Source: Amoebidium appalachense
Taxonomy: Eukaryota > Protista > Ichthyosporea
NCBI GenBank assembly: GCA_963693365.1
Contig: CAVNZM010000011.1
Location: 1,906,989 to 1,970,988, forward strand
DNA length: 64,000 nt
Direction: 5' to 3'
Position numbers and translations under genes: made by a program
Notes under the pieces: model-generated
What the model saw: the letters and a program-made list of their open reading frames with translations, nothing else
What the model was told of the DNA's origin: nothing
Databases searched by the model: none
In this document: positions 1-30,809 of the stretch, piece by piece
Position numbering within the stretch: position 1 is the stretch's first letter
How the letters are laid out: every line of letters begins with the position of its first letter

Positions 1-2
1 GA

Positions 3-4204
<4,202 letters not shown>

Positions 4205-4898
4205 TTGGCTCATTGTCACTCTGGCAACCGGCCCGTGGCCGCCAAATGGTTGATGATTGGCTGATAGGTGAAATGATTTGGCAATGTGGTGTCTGATTTT
4301 TAGATTTTCGAAGGAACGGATGTGTCTCTAATTGTTGGTTTCTGTGGCCAGTCAAGGGGACTAAATGGATTTTAACATGGTTCTTGTTTACCTTGAAGCC
4401 ACTTGTTTTGTATATGCAGGACGCTCTGTTTTGCAGGTTTCCTGTGAGTTATTTCTATGGGGATTCTTTTTAGAATTATTCTTTTTGATTTTTTGTCAAG
4501 TGTGCGTGTGTCTCTCGTGTGCTCAAAGTGTTTTTTAGTATAAGCTATAAAGGGTGGTGCTAGCTTTGGAATTAGACTTATCCAGTCCATTTTTATAGAG
4601 AACATGCTGTTTATAGTTGTTGAGAACATACATATGATCACAAACTGAGAGTATGGACGATTAGTGTTACAGTACTTGACGCGCGCACATTACAGTTACT
4701 ACAAAACGCAAATCTTTTATTTAGGCATTTAGGTAGTTAGTTCATCAAAAGATCAGGATCATATAGTAGCATATGCTGGCACTTGGATGGGTTGCCAAAG
4801 AAAGCTAAGACATGGCACAGTTGCAAAGAGATTAAAAGTTATGGTGACGCAGAAAAAACAGTATATAAATATGATGAAAAACTGGTGACACGGCCTTC

Positions 4899-11431
<6,533 letters not shown>

Positions 11432-12247
11432 GGTATCCCTGGTAATGATCAATATTATTCTTGAAGTAGGCAACACAGTAGATCCTTGTAAATACAAACG
11501 TGCATATACTATATGTATTCGCTTCGCCTGTGGTACTCTTTTACCTCCTCGATGAATCGGGCGCCCGGGGCCTCGTTAGCATGATCCATGGCGTGCGTTG
11601 TGGAATGTCACATGGCCTGCGCGCACATGGCCGCGCGCGGCACACATTTTTCCATTTGGCCGATTTGCCCCACTTCATGATCTGGCGCTGCATGGCTTCT
11701 TGATTGGTTGTAAACGTAAGATGGAAGAGCTACCTGCAGCTGAGTGTGACCGTACGCCAATTAGCAGCCAAGGATTATTTTTGGTTACTCTACCGATACG
11801 TCAGAGAATTAGTATTTTGAATTAAAGTATGTTGTGTACATGTTGCTACTTTGTGAAAAAGAACTATATAAAAGATTGTGTAGTATTTTTCTTTTCAAAT
11901 AGCCACCTAACCGAGATCCAATCGACCACTCTGGCATCGTCTATATCGGTTCACACAGTACCCATGCAGCTGAATTCGAAATTTCGGATCGGGCGAACCA
12001 TTACGTCTGGATTAATGAAACACGGTTAAAGCACTAGCAAGCGATGTAAAAATAGTACACGCGTTTTCCTCCAATATTGCAAGTTGCAACATTTTAGCTC
12101 TTGTAGCCTCGCCGAAAACCGGCGACCGCTTGACTGGATCCGGAGTTGATCAGACTCTGCACAGTCACTGCTCAAGGCGTAAGGTCATTTATTGGACGAT
12201 GGTCACGCGGAACCATGTGAGAGGCTGAGAGCATGGTAGAGCCAGCT

Positions 12248-12257
12248 ATATAAATAG
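12248..12257 (+). promoter_or_regulatory. Candidate TATA box upstream of the YrhK-like gene
   Basis: tatataaata about 350 bp upstream of ATG 12598; position and consensus only. Confidence 0.35.
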
Positions 12258-12597
12258 CCGTTACCTCGTCCGATAGACGTCCACATTTTCAGTTATTCCA
12301 TTTTAGTTCGTTCGTTCGCCACCTCCGATGTAACCGCTGGGGGTCGCGTTTTTTTTCTAAACTTGTTTTCGTTCTTTGCTACCCAAATGTGCCCGCGCGG
12401 TCGCCCAAACAACTGCCGCTCCCGCTCCTTCAGCCGTGTGCGTGTCGCCATCCACTGTATCTGAAACGTGTGAAGGAGCAGGGCAGCGTGCAAGTTGCTT
12501 AGTTTCTTAACCGTGTGCTTTTAGCGTGACGAAACATTTACCAGGATTTTCGCCCACAGACTCTACCCGTAGATTAGCTTAACAACAGAAAAAAAAA

Positions 12598-13488
12598 ATG
12601 TCTGGCATCGACAACAAGATTAAGGTGGACTCCAAGTTCACGCCCACCAAAGACAACACCCTTGACGTGCGCAGCTCACCTGCCGGATCCTACGATGGGC
12701 TGGCCGAGACGCAAACGGTCCCCTTCTACCCCTGGGCCTGCCAGCTGACCAACCCGTTCTGGTGGTCTATGCAGTGCTTCATCTGGGGTTCAGCCGTGTT
12801 CACGGCAGCCGGGGGGCTTTACATGTGGCCCATTGAGACCACCGAGTCGTTTGACTATTACAAGGCCACCGGCTGGATGGGTATGATAGGCATCAGTATG
12901 TACCAGACGGGGTGCTATCTCGGTATCCTCGATGCTATCAACCTCGACCGCAAGCTGCCGGACTGGGACCCTAAGGCCTGGCGCTGGTTTGCGTTTGAGA
13001 CCAAGTCCTGGTACTGGTGGGGTTGGGCGCTGTATTTCTTCGGCACCCCCTTCTTCTGGTTCCCGGCCCTGCTCGTGGTGCCCGGCGTGATGCCCGCAGA
13101 CTTCGACTACACTGGCCGGTGGATCCTGTGGGATGTGATCTACTGGGTGCCTCTGACTATTGGGGGGCTTTTCTTCATCTTCGGCTCGCTTGCCGGTTGG
13201 ATGGACGCCCAGGAGGGCAAGCTCACCAACTTCAAGCCGGGTGATGTTTCTTGGTGGGCCACCGTGCTCTACACCCTCGGGTCTATTGGGTTCACGCTGT
13301 CGTCCTCTTTTGGGTTCTTTGCCTACACGGGGGAGGATGGCCCCGTGTGCTGCCAGTACTACGGCATGAGCCTGTCGTACTTCTGGGGCAGCATCAGCTT
13401 CTTGCTGGCCAGCTATATGCTGCTGATTGATGTTGCCCGCAAGGACAAGATCCAGGCCCTCAGCTTCCGCCAGCAGTTCTGCGCCTGA
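12598..13488 (+). CDS. Intronless multi-pass membrane protein, YrhK-like domain family (fungal-type integral membrane protein)
   Basis: 296-aa ORF with A-rich start context, strong GC3 bias and about 6 hydrophobic helices. Repeated WW...F/Y.xGS..F pattern (WWSMQCFIWGSAVF, WWATVLYTLGSIGF, FWGSISFL) and YWVPLTIGGLFF recall fungal YrhK-domain proteins. Family call is from memory of motifs. Confidence 0.8.
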   Translation: MSGIDNKIKVDSKFTPTKDNTLDVRSSPAGSYDGLAETQTVPFYPWACQLTNPFWWSMQCFIWGSAVFTAAGGLYMWPIETTESFDYYKATGWMGMIGISMYQTGCYLGILDAINLDRKLPDWDPKAWRWFAFETKSWYWWGWALYFFGTPFFWFPALLVVPGVMPADFDYTGRWILWDVIYWVPLTIGGLFFIFGSLAGWMDAQEGKLTNFKPGDVSWWATVLYTLGSIGFTLSSSFGFFAYTGEDGPVCCQYYGMSLSYFWGSISFLLASYMLLIDVARKDKIQALSFRQQFCA

Positions 13489-14850
13489 ACAACAACTCCG
13501 TACAAAACAAATTAGCGCCACTTGAGACGTCCGCAACCACTGAAGGTTCCCTTTAATACAGCCGTACATGTACAAACCAACTTAGCAGCATATAAGGTCG
13601 TTAAACATCCGCTGAAGGTTCAATAGAGTTGCCTGCCCTGGTGGCAGGCCGTGGCACTCGTACGTGTCCCAAGTGTATCACGATTGTTAGCATGCAAGAA
13701 ACAATATCTGCCTGTAAAACTTAGTGCTGTGTTGAAAGTGGCCCATGTTTGGGCCGAAGATATAAAAATATAAAGAAAAAACTGGACTGTTCCTGTGATA
13801 GTGAGTGTTGTCTGGTGTCACAACACAGATCTTCTCTGGTAGCGTGATCACTTTGAAGGGCATGCCCTTGAGGCCGTGGCAACGGAAATGCACAAGAACG
13901 TTGTATGTTGATGGCCCCATTGCCTTCCTTCCGGTTCTGGTTGCAGGATATCGACCACCCTTTGTCATGAAAGGAAAACGCTTGAAGTCGAGCTGCTCCG
14001 TGCCGACACTGGCCGGTGAGTTGGGTGTGGGGTTGTGTTGTGTGTTTTGCCGACAGGCCCTGCGAGGCTGTGGTTACATAGGTGTGGGCACCAAGGCCAA
14101 CAACACATCACATTTCACCCATGCAATTGCAAGATGTCGAGATAACGAGGTCTGAGATGTATGTAACAGTGCCGGGGATCTATAACCTTTTTTTTTTTCT
14201 TTTTTCTTTTTGTGTGTGTGTGAGTGAGTACATGTGTGTGTGTGACGGTGTGTGCGCGCACGCGCGTGCTTGTTTGTGTGTATATTAAAACTTTTTCACC
14301 AGCCCGGGACTGTAACGTCAAGATATTTATGTAGTCCATACATATGCATACACTTTTGAAACAAAAGAAACTCGTCAGAATGAAGTATGAAATACAGTGC
14401 CGCAGAAGCTCTTCACTTGCAACTTTTGTATGGGCCCGGGTAAACAACGTGTACAGCTTATGTTCGGGAGAATACATGTTGGAAGGAAACCACGCTTCAG
14501 GGGTGCTGTACGTTCATAATTGCTGGGATGTGTTGTTTGGTGCAGGGCACACTTGTATAGCAGTAAGCCTTATTTTTCTTATATCTACACCGTAAAGATT
14601 TCACTGAATAAGAAAACGATAACTCTCATACACATGTTCGTTATTGTACTTGTATTAAGAGGCAATTCTTATTCACACGTTATCCCAGGTCTGACAATAT
14701 ATTATCTTGCATTTATCACAGAACATGCTCGGGGCTTGTAGGCCATGGCCGAATCATACAGTAGTATAAATAAACAAACACTAAGGTGGATAGATATAAA
14801 TAAAAGACCATTGAATACCCCAGGCAGAAGGCGAGAGACACTGTGGCATC

Positions 14851-16567
14851 TTACTTGCCCTTTGTTTTTTCTACCACCTTTCTCTCAACGTCGTCCATGA
14901 ATCGCTCTACCATTCCCCTCACATCTGGAACCTGCAAGAGAACCAAGTTATTCGTCGTGACCACGGAGTTACCCACACAGAGTCCCACCGTTCCCTTGCC
15001 CATCGAACCCATACCCACACAGAGAAAACTATACCATGCACACTCGCAACCGCAAGAAGGAGAGTTAAAGGGAAAGATAGAGGAGGAAGGGAGGGACGCC
15101 AGGAGATAGAGAGGGAGAGGGGAGAGAGAGAGAGATATGGGGGGGGGGGGGGGGGGGAGAGGGAGAGAGAGAGACGGAGGGAGGGAGGGAGGGAGGGAGC
15201 GAGAGAGAGAGGGAGGGGAGGGAAAGGGAGAAGGGGGGGGGGGGGGGTCCCTTCGGCAGAGCTAGATACAGACAAGGCTTAGTCAAACAGTGCCGCAGAG
15301 CACACGGCCCAAACCGTTCAATTCCAGCTCAGATGGCGACACATTAGCTTACGCCGCAAGCGGAGCATGTGGTTGGAAAAAACATAAAAACATAGACTTA
15401 AAGGGTCAAGTGCCTCACACTACCAATAACCGAACTTCAAACTGAAAGGTTGAATTGCAGAAGTAAATAAAACCCGCCTGTATATATCTAAGAAGAATAG
15501 TTGTGTTTGTGTGTGTAATGCATGGGTACGTGCGGTTGTGTTTTGTGTGTATAATGCATGCGTGCACGTGCGCATTCATGTCCGTCATATATGCCAGTTC
15601 AAGTGGTGTGGGTGTGGGTGTGTGATGTGTGGTTGTCTTGTGCAGGCGTGTGGTGAGTGCGTGCAAGCACACGTGGGTGGTCACCAGTAACTGTAGGCAG
15701 GGTGAGTGCGTGGATAACAGGAAGAAACGGAAGCAATCAACCAAGTCAAAGTGAGGGAGTGGGGTGAGGAACTGAGGGTGGGGGGGGGGGGGGGAGGGCG
15801 GGGAGCGCAAGAAGGTGCAGAACGTGAAATACCTGGTAGTTCTGGGCCAGGTAGATGCCGGCCACATTACCAATGACCAGCCCAACCTATGTGGGAGCCT
15901 GTAAATAAAGGCAACACCATGCCGTCACAATAGCTACGGTAACCTTTCTACCACCGTCTCTGCAAAGTCTCTTCCCCACTTCCCCTCAATATTTATGTCG
16001 ACCACCCCTATCCCTCCCTCCCCTCCTTCCCCCCCCCCCCCCCCCCCTCTCCTCTTCCCCCACCCACACACCCAACCCCCGCCTCGTCCCGTCCCGTCCC
16101 CCCTCCCCCCCCCGCCCCTCCCCCCCCCCCACACACACACCCGTCCCCTCTGTTTTGCTTCCTCAACGTCTCCTCCCTCCCCTCTTCACTAATATCAAGC
16201 CCCAAAACACATCTCCAGTGCCTGACGCTCCTTTCGTGCTGCCCCCAGCCCAGCTTCCCCGTTCTCAGGCGCGATAAAAAATCCCTGTTGTATGTTGTAT
16301 CGAACCTGCCCGCTATAAAGTTACAGCTTCCAAAGCTCGTGTAACAGTTGTAATAGTTTTCATGAGCCTGGATCTCCTGCTTGTATCGCTTTCTTTGGCA
16401 AATAGGGTCCATGACAAAATCTGCCCCCGAGACTGCCTCTACGTGTTAAACAATGGCATTCTCAATCCTACGCTAACCATGGTGAAAAGGGGCCGTCAAC
16501 CGAGCAAAAACCACAGTCGCAAAGGGACAATTTTACCTACCAAAAAAGAGCCACCCTTTCCAGCCAT
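14851..16567 (-). CDS. STMP1: Short transmembrane mitochondrial protein 1-like (DUF4535 family), 53 aa
   Basis: Exons 16567-16541, 15886-15833 and 14931-14851 (all phase 0, GT-AG) give MAGKGGSFLVGLVIGNVAGIYLAQNYQVPDVRGMVERFMDDVERKVVEKTKGK*, containing the family signature GxYxAQNYxxP. Confidence 0.88.
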
Positions 16568-16797
16568 GTTCCACTCCCTTTTGTCTCTGAGTGTTTTCTT
16601 TAGTTAGAAGTGAAGTGAGCGTTTATTCTCAAGCGCTCAGGTTTGCACAAAACTCCTGTCAGCAGATCATGTCTCAATTTCCACTCTTAGAATCTTTACT
16701 ATTACTAATTTCTTGTCTTCACATGGAACCTGCCAAGCTTTGCCAAGCTTTCAACACAACTTGGCACGGAGCTCAAACCGAATCGGCTTTGTAAATC

Positions 16798-18195
16798 TTT
16801 TTTCTTTTGACTGGATTTATTCGACGGAAAGATATGCAAGTATGCACGGTATACTGAGAGACATTAGAAAAACTTCACGAGTTATCCAGTAACAAGTGCA
16901 TACTGAGATACCTGAACACTGTGTGAAAATCATATAAATACTCAATGTGACGACCAACAGAATTCAACAAAAAGTCTAAAGTGATTAAATTGCCAGCCAG
17001 TGTAGCAGACACCCGTAGGGAAAGAGGTAAAACGCGACATAAAAACTCACACCTATCAACATGCTTGCGATTAAAGGTTCAGCACAAAGACCAGCGGCGA
17101 TGAAAACAAAAATTACATCGCCACTGCACAACTTCACCAGGCAATATCAACACCGTCGAATAAATCCAGTCAAAAGAAAAAAAACATCAGAGCACCATAC
17201 AGACTTATCTACTAGGGTGGTATCCATACGTACAGCAGGAGAAATGTATCCTGCCAAAGCTCCCAAAAAGCGATAATTATAATGATCAGTACGGTGTTGC
17301 CTAAGGAACATAACACATGCCGACTGAGTTGTACCTTTGATTTCTCTATCAGAACGAGAAAGAAACTTATACTGCGTATGGTAATAACGCGAAAAGGCAG
17401 AAAAAACAGGAAGAGAAAAGAAAGAGGGAGTGAGATAGCGAGAGGAAGAATCAGGTTGAAAGAGGGTAGGCTGAGGACATTCAGAAGTAGCGTTGGTGAA
17501 TCGGGGCGGAAGAGAGATGGAGGGAGGGGGGGGAAAGAAAGCATAAAGAGGGTGACCATCAGGTATCCTAACTAAATGAAAACAAAAACGAAGAGACGAT
17601 TCCTCCATACGACAAACAGCAGACGACAATCCAAACATACTGTTTGTAAATCAGGCCTTGGATCTTCATCGCGGAACCAAGAAAATTTGGGGTCACATAA
17701 CTCACATTGAATATAAATTTTTTTATAATGACTTTATTGATGTTCTCAAAAAAAAAATTATAATGACTTTATTGGTGTGCTTGTAAAAATAGAGGCAACC
17801 GAGATATCACAGATATCTCAGTAAATAAGATATCATACAAAAGCCCTACTCCCGGATATGGAGGAGATAAAGACTGAGCAAGGCCATCTAGCTAGGTGTT
17901 TCTAGATGGCCGTGCGACTGAGATAATCATACACCCTAGAAAACTCATTAAACATACGGTGATTTAATAGGGATAGTCAATAGACGTAATATTTTTTTCT
18001 TTTGACTGGATTTATTCGACGGAAAGATATGCAAGTATGCACGGCATACTGAGAAGACAATAATGAAGGCAACGTGCAGCCACAGGCTAGAAAAATCGTT
18101 AAACATACGGTGGTTCAACAGGTAGTCAATAGACGTAATATCAGGATTTATCTAAATAAGCCAGTCTTCTAATTTCTAACGGAATAATCTGAGAT
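16798..18195. repeat. Cluster of local direct and inverted repeats
   Basis: ~60-bp direct repeat at 16798-16859 and 17993-18054; inverted 30-bp partial copy at 17153-17183; ~55-bp direct repeat at about 17936 and 18087; 10-bp perfect stem ggccatctag/ctagatggcc at 17882-17911. Confidence 0.8.
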
Positions 18196-18788
18196 AAATA
18201 AATACATCTATCTTAGTGTTTACGTCGAGAAAAAGGTTCTGCACAAACTGGTGGCACAAACATTTTTGGAAACAAAGGGTATACAGCGCCAAAACAAACA
18301 TTTCCAAGCTATATCACAAGAAGGGGTTAGAATTGCAAAATCGGTTAGTGTGCACGTGGTAGGTTTACGAGAGGAAGGATAAATATAAGTAGCTAATCTA
18401 CACAACGATTGTAAGAAAATAGACGAGTCTCTAATATGAAAAGAAGCACAGGCTCAAGAGCCCTACCATGATACTCTTTTATCACAACGATGAAGCAAAG
18501 GACATTGACTATGAAACCAAGTAACGAGATCTGTTAGGAGAGATCACTTTTAATACAGCGCCCATTATCCCCTCGAGTCTCCTAATTCTTCCCCTCCCTA
18601 CATAGTCATGATCATGACTCATCCAGCGGGCTCTTCCCGCTTTCCCCTCGAGCTCATCATCTCCAACCCCTCTCCCCTCAACCCCAGCCCCCCCCCCCCC
18701 CGGGCCCCCCGCGGGCCTTAAGCCTCCCCCATCCCCCCTCCCCCCCCCCCCCCCCCCCCCCCCCCCCGCCCTCATCAGGCCTTCCCCC

Positions 18789-18831
<43 letters not shown>

Positions 18832-18954
18832 AAAAAAAAACTGGCCCAATGTTAGTCCTGCAACAGCTAGTATCATGTGTGGGCAAGTAAGAAATTTTAT
18901 CTCCCGTGTGGGTGTTTGCAATGTGGAGGGGTTTGGGCAATCATCGAATCCCCT

Positions 18955-19051
18955 GCTACCTTTGGAGGTAGCTCTTATTTTTCAAGGCTGACAAAACTTT
19001 CCTTCCCATGTCGACTGATCACGCGCCAACTCATACCCTTGAAAAATAGAG
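18955..19051. repeat. Short dispersed inverted-repeat element, copy 1 (copy 2 at 59565-59649)
   Basis: Identical 23-mer gaggtagctcttatttttcaagg at 18965 and 59578. Each is preceded by a gctac/gtagc hairpin and followed 35-50 bp later by an inverted ttgaaaa(a)tagag. Confidence 0.65.
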
Positions 19052-19121
19052 TATAGTTGATCATACGGCGGCTGAGGCCACAGTCGCACGTGGCAGTCGA
19101 ATCCCTAAGTTGTGTACGTGA

Positions 19122-19188
<67 letters not shown>

Positions 19189-19194
19189 GGGGGG

Positions 19195-19247
<53 letters not shown>

Positions 19248-20070
19248 ATGCGGGCCCCAAATGCACGATGCATATCGATGACAATAATGGTATCCGATAA
19301 TCGGATTCAAGATTCGTATTATGGTATGGATACCTGGATGTGCATGATCCATGTATGGCAGTCACTAAAACGTGCATATCCCATCGGCCCAGAGCTATAT
19401 TATTCGAAATCATAAAAATTGTAAAAATGCACACATTCTCAGGAAAAATTATGATATATCATCATCAGACAGAGATTTGAACACAAACTTTGCAAAAGCG
19501 CTATGCCATTGGTAACACATTTAAAATGAAAGCTGTACATTTCATTCATTCGAATTCACACGGGCACAAAGTGAATAATACCGTTTCCCAAAATATAGAC
19601 CGTGTAAACCTAAACCAATAATGCATCGACTCGGTTCTTTCACTTAGCAACATTTTTCGATGCACATCATGTGTTGACACTTACGTAAGACAATGCGTGT
19701 TTGTTTACACTACATGCATAACATTGTAAGGGATCGATATTGCTGGTATACGGTGAATTCATCCACAACACAGAAATACACTGATATGTTCACACACACA
19801 CGAACTATGCATGTAGGCCCGCGGTTCGTGCCTCCCATACACATGATTTTCTTGATGTATGTCCATACACATCAGTTAAACAGTAATTCATGCATGTTCT
19901 CACACAACAAAACTTTATACCCATACACTTTGGATCCCAAATACACACTCACCCATACTAACAGGCCACCAGAGAGGGCCCGAAAGCTGCGCCCACGCAC
20001 GAAGTACTACAGAGCATTTCTTCCTACATCGAAGTAGAATATGAGCTAAAAATAGGCTGGAGGGCCAAGG

Positions 20071-28069
<7,999 letters not shown>

Positions 28070-28163
28070 GTTGGGAACCAATTGCTGGAAACTCTAAACA
28101 AGACATTTAGAAGAGCGGAATTACAGACCGCCGAGAGGGTGGTTAATTAAAAATATATATATA

Positions 28164-28206
<43 letters not shown>

Positions 28207-28943
28207 GGGGCGAAAAGGAGCGGTTATACGCATAGAGCAACGTATACGTAGAAAAGCGGCAAAGGAGGGGGAGGAATCTGTGTGCTGGGCAGTACTGGGC
28301 ATAGATCCATCATATCACATGAAGAATGTGCGTTAACGAACAGGGTCAATGCTGTTGAGTTTGAAGCAAAAACACCTTCCACATTAGGATGAATGTCATT
28401 GTTAGGTGGCATTTACCTACCCGATATGGTAGTGGGATAAGAAGGTATTTGCCTGATTTGAGAACTGTAGGTCTGGGTGTGCTTTAACTATTCCGTGGGT
28501 CTAATTATTTGAGTCACCGCTTCTACTAAAGCCACGCACAGCACACCTGCCACCTTCACAGTAGGCGCAGGCATGTCACGACAAGTAGATTTCTTGCTTC
28601 ATTACACGTAATAAAAGAGTATATAGGGTGAAGGTGTTACGAGGGAGTAGTACAACCTTTTTCCAAGAGTTTCGATTAGATTAGATTAGTGCGTGCTACT
28701 GCAGCGCAAGGGTTCATCTATCTCACCCTTCCATGGAACAAGGACGATCGTTCAACAATTTATTTTTGAGCAGTTTTGTTGGCACGCCTTTCTCTTTTTC
28801 TTCCTCCATAATAAAACAGCGGGTTTTTTTGGCCTTGGCTCAATTTCAGCCCTTTTTCACTCTTGCTCCCTGCTTCCCGAACGAGCCATCGAGCAGCCCA
28901 ACTTCCAAACATACCCACGTTCCCATACACTTCTTCCGTAAAA

Positions 28944-29711
28944 ATGGAAACACTTCCCATTCCGCTTCAAGACGAACACGACCCTCGGAGTCGCGTTTGG
29001 CTTCGAGGATGGGAAGATGCCACACAAGGAATGACACCAAACGAAAAGGAGAGATTCGGGGTAAAAATGAGAACTCTATATCTTATTCACAGGTTCGGCG
29101 AGTTCGAGAGAAAACGGGAGGAGGAGGAAAAAGAGTTTATGAGACAGCTGAGCAAGGACACGCAGCTACGCGCCTGCATTCTGAGAATAGCAACACTCGT
29201 AAGGGAATCCTCGGAAAACGAGACGTTATGCCAAACTGTAGACTGCATCTTAAAGGACCAGGCTGCATCTATTGCCTCACCCGACCCGTCTCGCCTGTTT
29301 GAAATCCTGCAAGCACAAATGCAGTTCGGGCCAGAATACTACGAGGCTGCCATTGCACAAGCGTGTGAGGGCGTAAGTCTCAAGGAAAAACTTGAAGTGT
29401 CCCATCACCTCCAACGGCAACAAACTATAGATGAAGCCGAATCTCTTGAGCGACAACTGACTAATCTGGCTGCCGCACGCAGGCGTTTAATAGAGGTTGA
29501 CCAAGATCTTCAAACTTATTTGCAGACATTGCGAAACATTTTGGTGGCAGCAGGCCAGGCTGATATTTGGCAAACGGCCTATTCGGAGATGGTTTGCATG
29601 GCTGCCGGCAGTAGTGGGGCAGGAGAGGGAAAGGTTGGATCTTCTACGTCATTAACGAACCTTCTAGCAACACCCCGAAATGCTACTTTGACACGTGCAA
29701 ACACTCTGTAG
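28944..29711 (+). CDS. Intronless hypothetical protein, 255 aa, helical/coiled-coil
   Basis: Long, complex-sequence ORF with aaaATGg start and E/Q/L/R-rich heptad-like segments (EAESLERQLTNLAAARRRLIEVDQDLQTYLQTL). Divergent from the GNAT gene. No family recognised. Confidence 0.7.
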   Translation: METLPIPLQDEHDPRSRVWLRGWEDATQGMTPNEKERFGVKMRTLYLIHRFGEFERKREEEEKEFMRQLSKDTQLRACILRIATLVRESSENETLCQTVDCILKDQAASIASPDPSRLFEILQAQMQFGPEYYEAAIAQACEGVSLKEKLEVSHHLQRQQTIDEAESLERQLTNLAAARRRLIEVDQDLQTYLQTLRNILVAAGQADIWQTAYSEMVCMAAGSSGAGEGKVGSSTSLTNLLATPRNATLTRANTL

Positions 29712-30809
29712 AAGCAGGGAGGATGATAGTGCAGGTGGAGGGTTTTAGTGCAGAGTGAGGACGCTAGTGGTGGACCCAATGAATGTGTGTGTATGTGGTG
29801 GGGGGGGGGGGGGGGGGGGGGGGTGGATGTGGGTGTGGGTGTGGTGTGGTGTGGGTGTTTACGAACCGTTGTTGTGCGCTTTCGAGTTGGTGAGTGCCAA
29901 TAAAGTATTGCATGTCGTGTGTAGGTATCAATAGTGTGTGTTTGTATGTGCTTGTACGCGCGGTCATGTGGTTAAGTTGAACGAAAGAAAAATACACCCT
30001 TCTACCGTGTGCACGCTGCCTGGATGCGTGTGCGGATCTACCAGTGAATGCTTCGGAGCGCCAGATTACTTATTTACAGGGCTAGGGACCCGCGTGCATA
30101 AACACGCACACTCACACGCACAAGCCCATACCGTGACACACATACCGTTCAAATACACTGTCACACACACGCGCCCGCGCACACACACACACACCCAATG
30201 GCATGACACACACACGCATAACGTGACAGACACAACACACACACACATACACACACGTACACACACACACACACGTACAGACATACATACTTATTTTCAC
30301 GCACAGAGGGCAACTTGAAGTTCCCCAGATCACTTTCTTTTCCCTTACGAATGTAGCAGCCAAGTTGCTAGTAGTTGTGAGCCTGCTTGATCACGTGTGC
30401 GCCACCAGTACATCACTAAGAATGTCGGGAGATGGCCTGGGCTGATGGCTGAATCTACTGTTCATGTTAGCAATGCGCAGCATTTAGGTGAAAGTCTTCC
30501 TTTTTGATTGATACTAAACGGAGTCTATCCACAGCTGAATATGTATACGTATACCTTGACTGGCTCGTCGCTATGATGTTTCCGTGGTTGTACGGCAAGA
30601 TGATATAACCTCTAATTAAGTTGCTCCCTTCTGCTTCTTCCCCTCAGCCCCCCCCCCCTCCCCGGGGAACTAAGGCGAATAACGAACGGTAACGTTCCTG
30701 CCTTCTTAGGCAGTTTGTGCCGCACGCGTAAAAAGACACCAGCAAGCATACAAGTTAAGCGCACAGAGTTCGACACAGGGATTATAATTGTTATTCAACT
30801 CTGCCTATG

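Noticed and set aside
17147-17670. Alternative first coding exon for STMP1 (MKIQGLIYK or MFGLSSA)
   Set aside because: The strong donor at about 17640 is phase 2 and does not fit the phase-0 second exon. The 16567-16541 exon fits both frame and family pattern.
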